Positions 40,311 to 49,468 of a stretch of DNA of 64,000 bases are shown here, piece by piece. Made by a program: the position numbers and the translations under genes. Under the pieces are notes generated by a model that saw only the letters and a list, made by a program, of their open reading frames with translations, had not been told where the DNA came from and did no database searches. Origin of the DNA: Candidatus Limnocylindrales bacterium (GTDB lineage: Bacteria; Moduliflexota; Moduliflexia; Moduliflexales; JAUQPW01); the NCBI GenBank assembly GCA_035559535.1, contig DATMBG010000052.1:1-64000 (forward strand). Direction: 5' to 3'. Every line of letters begins with the position of its first letter. The stretch's first letter is position 1.

Positions 40311-42182
40311 ATGGAAGAAGCATCATTTAGACCAAAAGGTCTTCATCTCATGACCTGGAATATCCGTCTTGCAAAGCACTATGCGAGGCTGATGGAGAGT
40401 ATTCAAACCGAGCCTGCCTTTCGAGACCTGGATATCTTGGTCTTACAAGAATCTACCGAAACGGAAAAAGGGTCTACAACCGAGGATATCGTTAAATGTT
40501 TAGGACCTGATTATGCCTTTCGACATGAACCGGCGCAGAGACTGCGAGGTCGGGTACAGGCCAATGCAGTGATCTGGAATACGCGAACCCTCAGGGAAGT
40601 GAACGTTGAAGTCCTTAAGTTGCCTTTGATCACCCGTAAAGACGCTCTGAAATATGGAAAGATTTTCAAGCGCAATCATCGGCTTTGCTTAAGACTGGAT
40701 GCCAGATATGAAGATCTGACCCTTCGCATCTATGCTCCCCATTTTGATACGGCAGGGGGATTATTCGGTAAATTGGTCCATTTAGATGCTATTCGACAGG
40801 ATAATGAAAACCTGCCTGTTGCCGATGCCGTATTTATTGCCGGAGATTTAAACACTTTTGGTATTCGACGCAGTCTGAATTTGAAATCCTTTCGTAACGA
40901 AGCAGCTAAACGAGATTTTGTGGATCTTTCTCAAGCCATTACGGTAACCTGGAATTCTCGTAAAGCTTATAGATATTTGCCAAGCCTGGATCAAAAACTG
41001 GACTGGATCCTCCTTAAATGTAAACTGGATTATACCTATACAACCCAAGTATTAAGAGTTCCCGGGTCCGATCATTATCCGCTGGTTACCTACATAAAAT
41101 TTCAAAAGCCCCAGGAGACAAAATGGGAGTTTTACTGGACTGCCGATTCAGCCTGGAAGGCCATGTTACAGGATTGCCAGGAGGCAAAGGTTTCCATTGA
41201 TTTCGAGTCTTACATTTTTATCGATGATGCCATAGGAAAACAATTTGTTTCTACCTTGATTCAAAGAGCACAAAGTGGAGTGAGGGTACGATTACTGGTT
41301 GATGCCTTAGGTAGTCTCTCCCTGAGTGGAGAAGCCCTCCGGGCCCTGGAAAGTGCCGGGGTTCAGGTGATTCGATACAATCCACCTACCTCCTGGATAA
41401 CTCGTCTGAAGATCTTTTCCTGCTACAATCGAGATCATCGAAAAATCCTTATCGTGGATAATCGTATAGGCTATACAGGTGGTGTGGGAATTAATGAAAC
41501 CATGTCCAATTGGCGAGATACCCAGGTTCGTATCCAGGGTCCCATTGTGGATAGTATGGCCTATGCCTTTGATTACCTGTGGAAAAAATGCTTAAAGGAG
41601 GAACAGGCAGATCATCTGGTATTGCAAAATAGTGGTGCTTTTATGTTTCGGGTTGCTTCACCCTATAGTCCCATTCATCCTATTAAGGAGGCTTATCTTG
41701 ACGGAATCAATTCTGCGCAGAATCTCGTTTATATTACAACCCCTTATCTCTTTGTTCCTCCCAGAGAGTTTTTTCAAGCGATGTTACGGGCGGTAAAACG
41801 AGGTGTCGATTTACAATTACTCCTGCCCAAGGAATCCGATCATAAAATTCTCGATCTTGCTGTCGGATATTATTTCGATAGATTATTGCGGGTCGGAGTA
41901 AAGATTTACTTATATGAGAATGCTATGATCCATTGCAAAACAGCCGTCATAGATGATCATTGGTCTACCGTGGGGAGTATGAACCTGGATACCCTCAGTT
42001 TTTACTACAACCATGAAGCCAATATTTTCAGTTTTAGTAATCGATTTAATGCAGACCTTAAGAGGCAATTTCTTCTTGACCTAAAAAATTCCCAAGAAAT
42101 TACCCTGGCGGCCTGGAAACAGCGTCCTCTTTGGAGGAAAGTTTTAGAAGTATTACTTCGACCTTTTCATATGTTTTTTTAA
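40311..42182 (+). CDS. Fusion: EEP (endonuclease/exonuclease/phosphatase) domain + cardiolipin synthase-like phospholipase D
   Basis: MTWNI, LQE, AGDLN, LDWI, SDHYP (EEP); two HKD motifs HRKILIVD and HCKTAVID. Confidence 0.88.
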   Translation: MEEASFRPKGLHLMTWNIRLAKHYARLMESIQTEPAFRDLDILVLQESTETEKGSTTEDIVKCLGPDYAFRHEPAQRLRGRVQANAVIWNTRTLREVNVEVLKLPLITRKDALKYGKIFKRNHRLCLRLDARYEDLTLRIYAPHFDTAGGLFGKLVHLDAIRQDNENLPVADAVFIAGDLNTFGIRRSLNLKSFRNEAAKRDFVDLSQAITVTWNSRKAYRYLPSLDQKLDWILLKCKLDYTYTTQVLRVPGSDHYPLVTYIKFQKPQETKWEFYWTADSAWKAMLQDCQEAKVSIDFESYIFIDDAIGKQFVSTLIQRAQSGVRVRLLVDALGSLSLSGEALRALESAGVQVIRYNPPTSWITRLKIFSCYNRDHRKILIVDNRIGYTGGVGINETMSNWRDTQVRIQGPIVDSMAYAFDYLWKKCLKEEQADHLVLQNSGAFMFRVASPYSPIHPIKEAYLDGINSAQNLVYITTPYLFVPPREFFQAMLRAVKRGVDLQLLLPKESDHKILDLAVGYYFDRLLRVGVKIYLYENAMIHCKTAVIDDHWSTVGSMNLDTLSFYYNHEANIFSFSNRFNADLKRQFLLDLKNSQEITLAAWKQRPLWRKVLEVLLRPFHMFF

Positions 42183-42338
42183 ATAGACCCCTAAAAAAAT
42201 ACTCTTTAAGGTTTTAAATTTTGTATATTATTATGATCCCTCTCGGAGGTAGACAGTTAATAATAGAGACCTGAAAGTAAAGAAACATGTTTATTTCTTT
42301 TGTTTTCGCATGAGTTTTCCTCATGGAAAGGAGTTTCT

Positions 42339-43310
42339 ATGCCTGTTTTAGCAGTCGATCAATCTCATATTAAATTTTTTGAAGAGCAAGGATATGTTGT
42401 TATTGAGGATATACTGGATCCTGAAGAGGATCTCCAACCTGTTATAGAGGAGTATGAAGCTGTTCTGGATGGATTGGTTGAGCGGTTGTACGTCGAAGGT
42501 AAAATCACTTCTCTTTATCGAGAGCTCCCATTTGGGCAACGTCTGACCCGGATTGTAGCAGAGACGGGTCAGTTTTACTCCCAATATTTTGATATTTCTT
42601 TACCTCAATCCGGAGTAACTGAAGACACTCCGATCCACCTGGGTAAAGCTGTTTTTAATCTCTTACGCAATCCTAAGCTACTAGACGTAGTGGAGGCTTT
42701 TATTGGGCCTGAAATTTATTCCAATCCGGTACAGCATGTACGTATAAAGCCTCCAGAGTGGGCTCTTCCCAAAGGTCGGTGGGATGGATTATCGTCGGCG
42801 GTTTATTGGCATCAAGACAACGGAGTTATTCTCCCGGAGGCTGATGAATCGAATATCCTGACGGTATGGCTGGCAATTTCAGATGCTACCGAGGAGAATG
42901 GCTGTCTAGCCGTAGCACCCAAGAGCCATAAACTGGGTCTTCTACCCCATTGCCCCAGCCCGGATAAAGGCGTTCATATTCCCGAGAAACTCCTTCCCAA
43001 GCCGTTTATTCCGATACCTGTGAAGCGTGGAGGAGCTCTGTTTATGACTCGAAAAACGGTCCACGTATCGCTTCGAAATTTAAGTAACGATATACGCTGG
43101 AGCTTCGATCTACGTTATAATCCCATAGGTCAGCCTACCGGTCGTCCTGCCTTTCCGGGTTTTATAGCCCGAAGTAAAGCCCATCCTGAGTCCGCTTTGA
43201 CCGATCCCGAGGTCTGGGCACAACTCTGGAAGGATGCCCGTACCCGAATTGCACAAAGTACCAATCCCGTTTACAACCGCTGGAGTGCCGATTCTCCGGT
43301 ATGTGCCTGA
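42339..43310 (+). CDS. Phytanoyl-CoA dioxygenase (PhyH)-family Fe(II)/2OG oxygenase
   Basis: WHQD (HxD), TVWLAISDATEENGCL, distal H, RWSFDLRY; SD AAGGAG before 42339. Confidence 0.9.
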   Translation: MPVLAVDQSHIKFFEEQGYVVIEDILDPEEDLQPVIEEYEAVLDGLVERLYVEGKITSLYRELPFGQRLTRIVAETGQFYSQYFDISLPQSGVTEDTPIHLGKAVFNLLRNPKLLDVVEAFIGPEIYSNPVQHVRIKPPEWALPKGRWDGLSSAVYWHQDNGVILPEADESNILTVWLAISDATEENGCLAVAPKSHKLGLLPHCPSPDKGVHIPEKLLPKPFIPIPVKRGGALFMTRKTVHVSLRNLSNDIRWSFDLRYNPIGQPTGRPAFPGFIARSKAHPESALTDPEVWAQLWKDARTRIAQSTNPVYNRWSADSPVCA

Positions 43311-43319
43311 GATAGTCTA

Positions 43320-43397
43320 CAGGAACCAGAAGTCAAAATAAGAACGATAAGATCCTTATCCTGTTGGAAATCGTTCCAGAATGACTTCTGGTTCCTG
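43320..43397. terminator. Long inverted repeat between convergent genes
   Basis: CAGGAACCAGAAGTCA ... TGACTTCTGGTTCCTG (16-bp arms). Confidence 0.55.
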
Positions 43398-43413
43398 GCC
43401 TGACGAAATTCCT

Positions 43414-44595
43414 TTAAAAATTCAAATCTAACATTACATAGGCCCAATCTGCATCGTCGTTGCTACCCTTCAAGTCTTCCAGTGCTTTTCCAATGAAAAA
43501 GTGGGAATAACCAAAACTGATTTCCATCCGTCTGCGAAATAAATAGGGTATAACCAGATCGATCTCTTGTCCCAGATTATCCTCTCCCCGGTCATCTTTT
43601 TCTGCCAGGAAGAATTGATGTAATTCTAAAAAGAGTTTCGTGGTCCTGTGGGGAATCATGGAAAATTTAATAGCCACATCCTGAAGCCCTCGATTACCTG
43701 TATCCCGAGGAATATTAAGGAAAATATCCATAAATCCGTAGAATCGATGGTTGGTCGCAAAGAGTGTATCAAAGACCTTGATCTTATTATCTTCAAGATT
43801 ATCATCTCCTGAGAGGTAATCATACCAGAGGGTAAAGGAAGGTTTATAAATCGATTCGACCGTATAGGTTCCACGAAGTCCAACCAAAAAAGCACGAATA
43901 TCTTGAGAACCTGCCTGGCCAAATTGATAATAAGCTTCGCTGCGGTAACTAAAAGGTCCGAGATTACCCTCTAACCGGGCTCCTGTAGTAAAGCGATCGG
44001 TATCCTTGGGTTCGTCTTCCAACCAGAGAAAATAACCTGAGAGGATATGAGTTGGGACAGGTTTTACCCTGGCGTAGATCCCGTAAAAGTTAACATCATC
44101 TCCCTCACTGTTGCCGATGGGGGTTAGTCCTTGAGCAACCCCGTCGTTGATTTTCATGGCAAAGAGATCCCACTGGTCTGAAGGCCGCTCATAGGTAAGG
44201 CGAAACCCATCAAAGGCCTGGCCTTGGGGAGTAAAATCCACATTTCCTATCAAGCGCTCCTCATCAAAGCTTAGTTCCTGACGACCCAATCGGAAGGATA
44301 AGGGTTTACCGAAAAGATCTTGTACCTCAAGGTATCCTTGATGGAGATCAAAATGGTCGGCCTCAAAATCTCCAAGTGGGCTTGCTTCTTCTCCAAAAAA
44401 TCGTACATCCTGGAGTTGAATAAAAGCCTGCATACCCTCCGCTAAAGAAACGTCAAACTGGACCCGGGTTCTGAGGCTGGTAAAGGTATCAGGATCTGTG
44501 TCTTTGTTAAAATCCCTGGCATCGTACTCAAACCTCGGACGAATCTGACCACCCCATGCGATCCTTCGTAAAGGCTTGAGTTCTTCATCTTCTAC
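43414..44595 (-). CDS. Alginate-export-family beta-barrel porin domain; no start or signal peptide of its own, frame stays open up to the A10 run
   Basis: GGQIRPRFEY...SLRTRVQF...LHQGY...GRQEL..DEERLIG..., GQEIDL, terminal Phe; the frame is open 54 codons upstream of the listed ATG 44433. Confidence 0.8.
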   Translation of the reverse strand, partial: VEDEELKPLRRIAWGGQIRPRFEYDARDFNKDTDPDTFTSLRTRVQFDVSLAEGMQAFIQLQDVRFFGEEASPLGDFEADHFDLHQGYLEVQDLFGKPLSFRLGRQELSFDEERLIGNVDFTPQGQAFDGFRLTYERPSDQWDLFAMKINDGVAQGLTPIGNSEGDDVNFYGIYARVKPVPTHILSGYFLWLEDEPKDTDRFTTGARLEGNLGPFSYRSEAYYQFGQAGSQDIRAFLVGLRGTYTVESIYKPSFTLWYDYLSGDDNLEDNKIKVFDTLFATNHRFYGFMDIFLNIPRDTGNRGLQDVAIKFSMIPHRTTKLFLELHQFFLAEKDDRGEDNLGQEIDLVIPYLFRRRMEISFGYSHFFIGKALEDLKGSNDDADWAYVMLDLNF

Positions 44596-45257
44596 TTTTT
44601 TTTTTGACGGAATTGGCTTTCCCCTCGCCTTCCTTCTTCCCGGATTTGATCAAGTTCCTGGGGTGTTGTGCGTCGTGGAGGGTTACTGGCTGTCACCACT
44701 GCAGATTGTCCGGGACTTAATACTTCGGCAGGCTGGCCTGGACTGAGTAGACTTGTTAAGGTAACCGTTCCATTTTCTACCGATAGCCAGGTTGTATTGG
44801 TGGATCTAAAATAGCCCATGCTAAAGGCAGTAAATTTAACTCCGGCCAGGGCATTGGGAGTTTCCACTTCAAATTTCGAGCCTGGAGTTTTATAAGGCTG
44901 CGCAATAACCGCCTGGATCCTACCCCACACAAGTTTAAATAGAGAGGACTTGGCACGAGTGGTTAAGCTTAACTCGGTAACGTCTAATCGGGTATCCTCC
45001 CCTAATTCCAATCTACTTCCATCCGAGAGTTTAAGGGTCAGGCGACCCCCAACTTCGGTTCGCAGGATATCTCCGGCCTGAAGGTCCATACCTTTCCTGG
45101 CCCGGACTTCTCCCTGCCCTTGAAGGGATACCTTTACGATCCCGTTTACAGACTCTACCGACGCTAACACTTGAGATTGGGCAAACACCTCTAAAGCAGG
45201 AAACAACAGAATACCTATCGGAACAAGAATAAAGAAAATTCCCCGGTGATTGTGCAT
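44592..45257 (-). CDS. Exported FecR-domain protein (probable 5' part of a frameshifted FecR-porin gene)
   Basis: Signal peptide, GDILRT...LSDGSRLELGEDT, FEVETPNALAGVKFT; ends CAA AAA AAA AAG TAG. Confidence 0.82.
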   Translation of the reverse strand: MHNHRGIFFILVPIGILLFPALEVFAQSQVLASVESVNGIVKVSLQGQGEVRARKGMDLQAGDILRTEVGGRLTLKLSDGSRLELGEDTRLDVTELSLTTRAKSSLFKLVWGRIQAVIAQPYKTPGSKFEVETPNALAGVKFTAFSMGYFRSTNTTWLSVENGTVTLTSLLSPGQPAEVLSPGQSAVVTASNPPRRTTPQELDQIREEGRRGESQFRQKKK

Positions 45258-45336
45258 AGTTTTGAAGTCCTGTTATATCAGGATAATAGATTAGAGTGAC
45301 TGTTTTACACGTTAACAAATCATATTTTGCCCGTGT

Positions 45337-45365
45337 AATCTAGTAAGAATTCAAGACCTCGTCAA
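45337..45365 (-). promoter_or_regulatory. Putative sigma70 promoter of FecR-porin
   Basis: TTGACG-N17-TAGATT on the minus strand. Confidence 0.55.
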
Positions 45366-45425
45366 GCTAATTTTAAGCTAATTTTTTAAGGATCTACACT
45401 TTTGCATTTTTATCCACGAAGGACT

Positions 45426-45514
45426 ATGAAAGTATGGGAGGTGTGGGAGTATGGAAGAATAAGTACTTATACTTCCCCATCCCCCTACTCCCATGCTCCC
45501 ACACCTCCCATACT
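45426..45514. repeat. Octamer-unit inverted tandem array nested in a longer inverted repeat (~45393-45557)
   Basis: AAGTATGGGAGGTGTGGGAGTATGG / CCATGCTCCCACACCTCCCATACTT; outer arms ACTTTTGCATTTT / AAAATTGCAAAAGT. Confidence 0.8.
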
Positions 45515-45569
45515 TTTACCCCCTTCAGGGATAAACATTTAAAAATTGCAAAAGTAGAGGTATAGAGTC

Positions 45570-46445
45570 CTAGGCCGAATTCCGAAGAAACGTATAGAGT
45601 CCTGAACCCGGTGTTGGAATAATCTGTCCGTTGCTGTCCAGTTGATCCGTGATAATTCCAAATCCCATGGGAGGTTGTTCAAGTAAAACATAGTAAAAAA
45701 CAAAATCCGTGGTAAGAACCCTTTTCATCTCGGGAATTTGATTCGTCCACATATCCAAATGCTCGCTAGGATCACTGGATCCAGTTTCTGTAATCATGAT
45801 AGGTTTTCGAGTTGCTCGCTGAAAAGAGGTCCAGGGACTCGTAAGGTCATTTCTAAAATAGATATGAACTGCCCGAAAATCACAGTAATTATCGGCTCCT
45901 GCCAGGGACATTTGAGTAAAATCTTCTATTCCGCTGGGTTGGCCTATAGGAGCAGCAGCTACAATATTGACCGAAGGAAATTTTTCTCGAATGAGATCAT
46001 GGGCTGGTTTCAAATAATCACGGACATACTCGGTGTTGGAGATCCCGTTAAAAGAGGCAGGTTCATTGAGGATCTCAAAATACCGGATGGATGGATAGCG
46101 TCGAATAACTGTTTCGACCATATCGGGCCAATCGGATTTATTAATGGGACCAAGGTTAAAATCGGCAATGAGTCCCAAAACGTTAGCCTGGGTTGCGGCC
46201 ACATAAGGCCCTCCCACATCGGTTGTAATCCCTAAAGTTACCCGGATCCAGTTTGCCTTGATATCGTTTAATGCCTGCATCTGGATAGGTAAGGCAAGCC
46301 CCGGGTAAGGATGAACGTTAAATCCTATAACACCTCGGACTCCTGGATCTACCGGCGTTTTACATCCCTCTAGAGTCCAGGTGAGACCGGCTGCAGCTCC
46401 TAGTTTTAGAAAATCTCTTCTGGTGAGGGTACTCTGCATAGTCAC
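45570..46445 (-). CDS. Tat-exported lipoprotein, clan GH-A glycoside hydrolase-like
   Basis: TRRDFLK twin-arginine motif, LEGC lipobox, EILNEP acid/base, AVHIY, ITETG nucleophile. Confidence 0.75.
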   Translation of the reverse strand: MTMQSTLTRRDFLKLGAAAGLTWTLEGCKTPVDPGVRGVIGFNVHPYPGLALPIQMQALNDIKANWIRVTLGITTDVGGPYVAATQANVLGLIADFNLGPINKSDWPDMVETVIRRYPSIRYFEILNEPASFNGISNTEYVRDYLKPAHDLIREKFPSVNIVAAAPIGQPSGIEDFTQMSLAGADNYCDFRAVHIYFRNDLTSPWTSFQRATRKPIMITETGSSDPSEHLDMWTNQIPEMKRVLTTDFVFYYVLLEQPPMGFGIITDQLDSNGQIIPTPGSGLYTFLRNSA

Positions 46446-46685
46446 CTTTTTATAAATAATGAGCCGCTAGAGGGGATGAAGTCCCTTTAGTTTTTGATTT
46501 TCCATACCATAAACCGCTTGCCCCTCCAGGGCCGTATCCAAAAAATTATCTATTACCGATAACCTAACCCGGATAGGGGAATAGACAGGTTATTGACAAG
46601 TCGATGATACCCGTAATACTATAAATTAGGAAGTAAAAATGCCAGAGAAGTTTTAAAAATATTTTCGATTTATTTTTTACAAGCT

Positions 46686-46928
46686 ATGGAAAAAGAAACG
46701 ATGAGAAATCCCGGGATTGCAGCGGTTTTAAGTCTGATACTCCCTGGTCTGGGACAGATTTACAACGGACAATTTCTGTGGGCTATTTTTTGGTTTATCG
46801 TGACCCCTGGAACCTGGATCACGACCGGAGGATTATTAGGGTGGGTTGCGCATATTATTTCGGCTTATGCAGCCTATCGAAGCGCCGAAAAGATAAATCA
46901 AGGTCTGGTTCAATTAAGGAAACTTTAA
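46686..46928 (+). CDS. Small membrane protein (TM2-like)
   Basis: NPGIAAVLSLILPGLGQIYNGQ motif. Confidence 0.75.
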   Translation: MEKETMRNPGIAAVLSLILPGLGQIYNGQFLWAIFWFIVTPGTWITTGGLLGWVAHIISAYAAYRSAEKINQGLVQLRKL

Positions 46929-46955
46929 TCCAGGAACCGGCTTTTAAGAGAGATT

Positions 46956-47156
46956 ATGCGTCATACGTATTCTTTTTTCGAAGATCTTGGTTTTTTCCAG
47001 ATGTTTTCGACTTTCTCGATAGGAGGCCCCTTTTGGAGGAAGTTTTATACAAAGGCAGAGCGACTTGAAAAACTTAAAGAATATAGGGACCTGTTAAAAA
47101 AGGAACTGGAAGGAGTTGAAGAGGCTATTCGAGAACTGGAGCAATCTCAGCGGTAA
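46956..47156 (+). CDS. Small coiled-coil hypothetical protein
   Basis: FYTKAERLEKLKEYRDLLKKELEGVEEAIREL; co-oriented with the previous gene. Confidence 0.6.
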   Translation: MRHTYSFFEDLGFFQMFSTFSIGGPFWRKFYTKAERLEKLKEYRDLLKKELEGVEEAIRELEQSQR

Positions 47157-47223
47157 ACAACCCCCAGGTAACTGATGACTCAAAACCCTCCCATTTCATT
47201 TGGAGATCAGAGTAACCGCAACG

Positions 47224-48240
47224 TTAAATAAGTCTCCTTTTTATTTCGGCGATTACCTCCTGGGTAAATTCCATAGTACCGCAGGAGCCTCCCAAGTCTG
47301 GCGTGGTAATTCCTCTTTCCAGGAGGGAAAGGGTAGAATCCCGGATAAGGGTGGACAGGGTAGCTTCTCCGAGTTGGAAAAGAAGTTGAGAAAAGGCTAA
47401 GAAGATGGCCGTTGGGTTTGCTTTGTTTTTCCCGGCGATATCCGGAGCTGTCCCACCGGCGGGATCAAACAGGGCTAAGGTTATATTCCCTTGTTCATCA
47501 AAGGCATAACTTCCACTGGCTCCAATTCCCAGAGATCCCACAAGACCACAGGCCATATCCGATAAGAAATCCCCGTATTCATTCAGTACTAGTATCACCT
47601 GATAGTCTTCGGGATACATAATGATTTTGGCCAGCAGGGCATCGAATAGCTCCTTTTTGTGAGGAACTCCAGGATATCGCTTTTCCATCTGGGCTACAAT
47701 ATCTTCAAAAAGCCCATCGGTGATCCGTTGGATGGTATATTTGGATGCTGAGGTAACCGATTTATGAGTCCTTTTAGCCAGTTCAAAGGCAAAAATAGCT
47801 GCGGTTTGGGTGGTCGCACGCTCTACAACCCGAAGAGATACCGCCGCGTCTTTTCCAATCATACGCCCGGGATCTTCATAGGTTCCGCCGGTTGCAACCC
47901 GAACGATATCCAGGTCTAATTTTTTGGTGAAATTGCTTTTAACACCCGGCAGGGTCATCACAGGGCGATGAATCACGCTAAAATTACAGAGTTTACGGAG
48001 GACTACATTGGGGCTTTCCTCTTCTGTTATCGTAGGATACTTCAGAGCAAATCGAGTCTTCAGGATAGCCTCATAGGCCTTTTCGTAAATCTTAGGCCCG
48101 ACCTTATATCGGTTCTCCAGACTTAAATCAATCTGAATAAAGTCAAGGGTCAATGGAAGGGCCTCCACCAGGGTATGAACGGCCTGGCATAACTCCGGAC
48201 CGATTCCATCCCCCAACAGTTCGGTTATTTCATACCTCAT
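47224..48240 (-). CDS. Isocitrate/isopropylmalate dehydrogenase family protein, divergent
   Basis: LLGDGIGPE, NEYGDFLSD, GTAPDIAGKNKANP, TPDLGG; SD GGAGG. Confidence 0.88.
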   Translation of the reverse strand: MRYEITELLGDGIGPELCQAVHTLVEALPLTLDFIQIDLSLENRYKVGPKIYEKAYEAILKTRFALKYPTITEEESPNVVLRKLCNFSVIHRPVMTLPGVKSNFTKKLDLDIVRVATGGTYEDPGRMIGKDAAVSLRVVERATTQTAAIFAFELAKRTHKSVTSASKYTIQRITDGLFEDIVAQMEKRYPGVPHKKELFDALLAKIIMYPEDYQVILVLNEYGDFLSDMACGLVGSLGIGASGSYAFDEQGNITLALFDPAGGTAPDIAGKNKANPTAIFLAFSQLLFQLGEATLSTLIRDSTLSLLERGITTPDLGGSCGTMEFTQEVIAEIKRRLI

Positions 48241-48262
48241 TTTAACCTCCGGCTCTGGGGTT

Positions 48263-48634
48263 CTATTCGATCCCTAATTCCTGCATGACATCCAGCAATG
48301 CCTTTAATCCGTGTACCAACGTTAAGGCACCGCCGGGTATGAAAGCTACCTCGATGGCCTCTATAAGTTCTTGCTTTGTAGCACCCAATGAAAAAGCCCG
48401 CTTAATTTGGGTCCGTAGGGCAACTTCGTCGGTTTTCGAGGCTAATACCGCAACCAAAATGATTTGCTTGATTTTTTGGGGAAGAACCACACTTCGAGCC
48501 CCTATGGTATCCCACATTTTCTCATAATTTTTGATAAAATCCGGATCTTCTTTAGCTAAAAGTTCTTGCCAGGGATATAAATAACCACGTTTTGCTTTAA
48601 TTTCATCAAGAATTTTTTGCGTCTGATCGGTCAT
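48263..48634 (-). CDS. Carboxymuconolactone decarboxylase/AhpD-like family protein
   Basis: LPQKIKQII.VAVLA...IKRAFSLGATKQELIEAI. Confidence 0.8.
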   Translation of the reverse strand: MTDQTQKILDEIKAKRGYLYPWQELLAKEDPDFIKNYEKMWDTIGARSVVLPQKIKQIILVAVLASKTDEVALRTQIKRAFSLGATKQELIEAIEVAFIPGGALTLVHGLKALLDVMQELGIE

Positions 48635-49163
48635 AGCAGATGTCCTTATCCATAAGATACCAGGTTAAAGTGCCAATTTCAGGTTTCTGGGCACGGCTTA
48701 ATTCAAAGATAATCAACAAAGATAACAAAACCAGAAAGCCGATCAAAAAATAGAGCGCCATTTTTTTGATAAGTTTTCGGGTTCTTTCCACCTTAAAAAT
48801 CTGATCCAGTGCCCTGTCGTCAAAAACCGGCTTACGCGAATCCCGCCGATTGTGCCATTGACAGCCACTCATCACATCATAATGCTCGCACGAGAGATTG
48901 TTACAGGTTAATATATCGTAGTAGCTATCTGTAACCGGATCTTTTAGCCCTAAGGGGCATAAGTCTCCTACCTCTATTTCCTCCCTGAGGGGATCGTAAC
49001 TCTGGACTCGATTCTTTTCTCTTTTTCGAAAGGCAAGTAACAACAGAAAGGGGCCGAAAAGCAAAATTAAAGTGGGTACAATAAACCCAATAATAATAAT
49101 AAATATTTGAGAGTAAGTCATAAAATTTCCCAACGCCTCAAGTTTAATCCGGCATTTCTTCAT
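48606..49163 (-). CDS. Hypothetical two-TM protein with Cys/His-rich loop
   Basis: Two hydrophobic segments flank CP...C..LSCEH...CQWH; start uncertain (49163 or 49121). Confidence 0.55.
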   Translation of the reverse strand: MKKCRIKLEALGNFMTYSQIFIIIIGFIVPTLILLFGPFLLLLAFRKREKNRVQSYDPLREEIEVGDLCPLGLKDPVTDSYYDILTCNNLSCEHYDVMSGCQWHNRRDSRKPVFDDRALDQIFKVERTRKLIKKMALYFLIGFLVLLSLLIIFELSRAQKPEIGTLTWYLMDKDICYDRSDAKNS

Positions 49164-49468
49164 GGGACCTTATCTATAACCTTACACAGCCTTTCTTCCT
49201 TGTCAAGATATAAAATGGATTCAGTAACTGTAACAATTTAGTAGATGTCACTTTTTCTGTCTGAATATCCCTCTGGCCCCCCTCCAGGGGGGATGGGGGG
49301 TGTTTCTTTTTCCACCTACTAAATGGATACGGATACATGGATTCATTGTCTGGGGATGATTTCCACGGTTGATTCGTATTGACGAGCACCGGGATGGGGC
49401 ATATCTTGTAATATCTAAGGGGAGGAAAGGTAAAAGTCCTCCATCTTCGATAGCCAACAAGAAACAAA

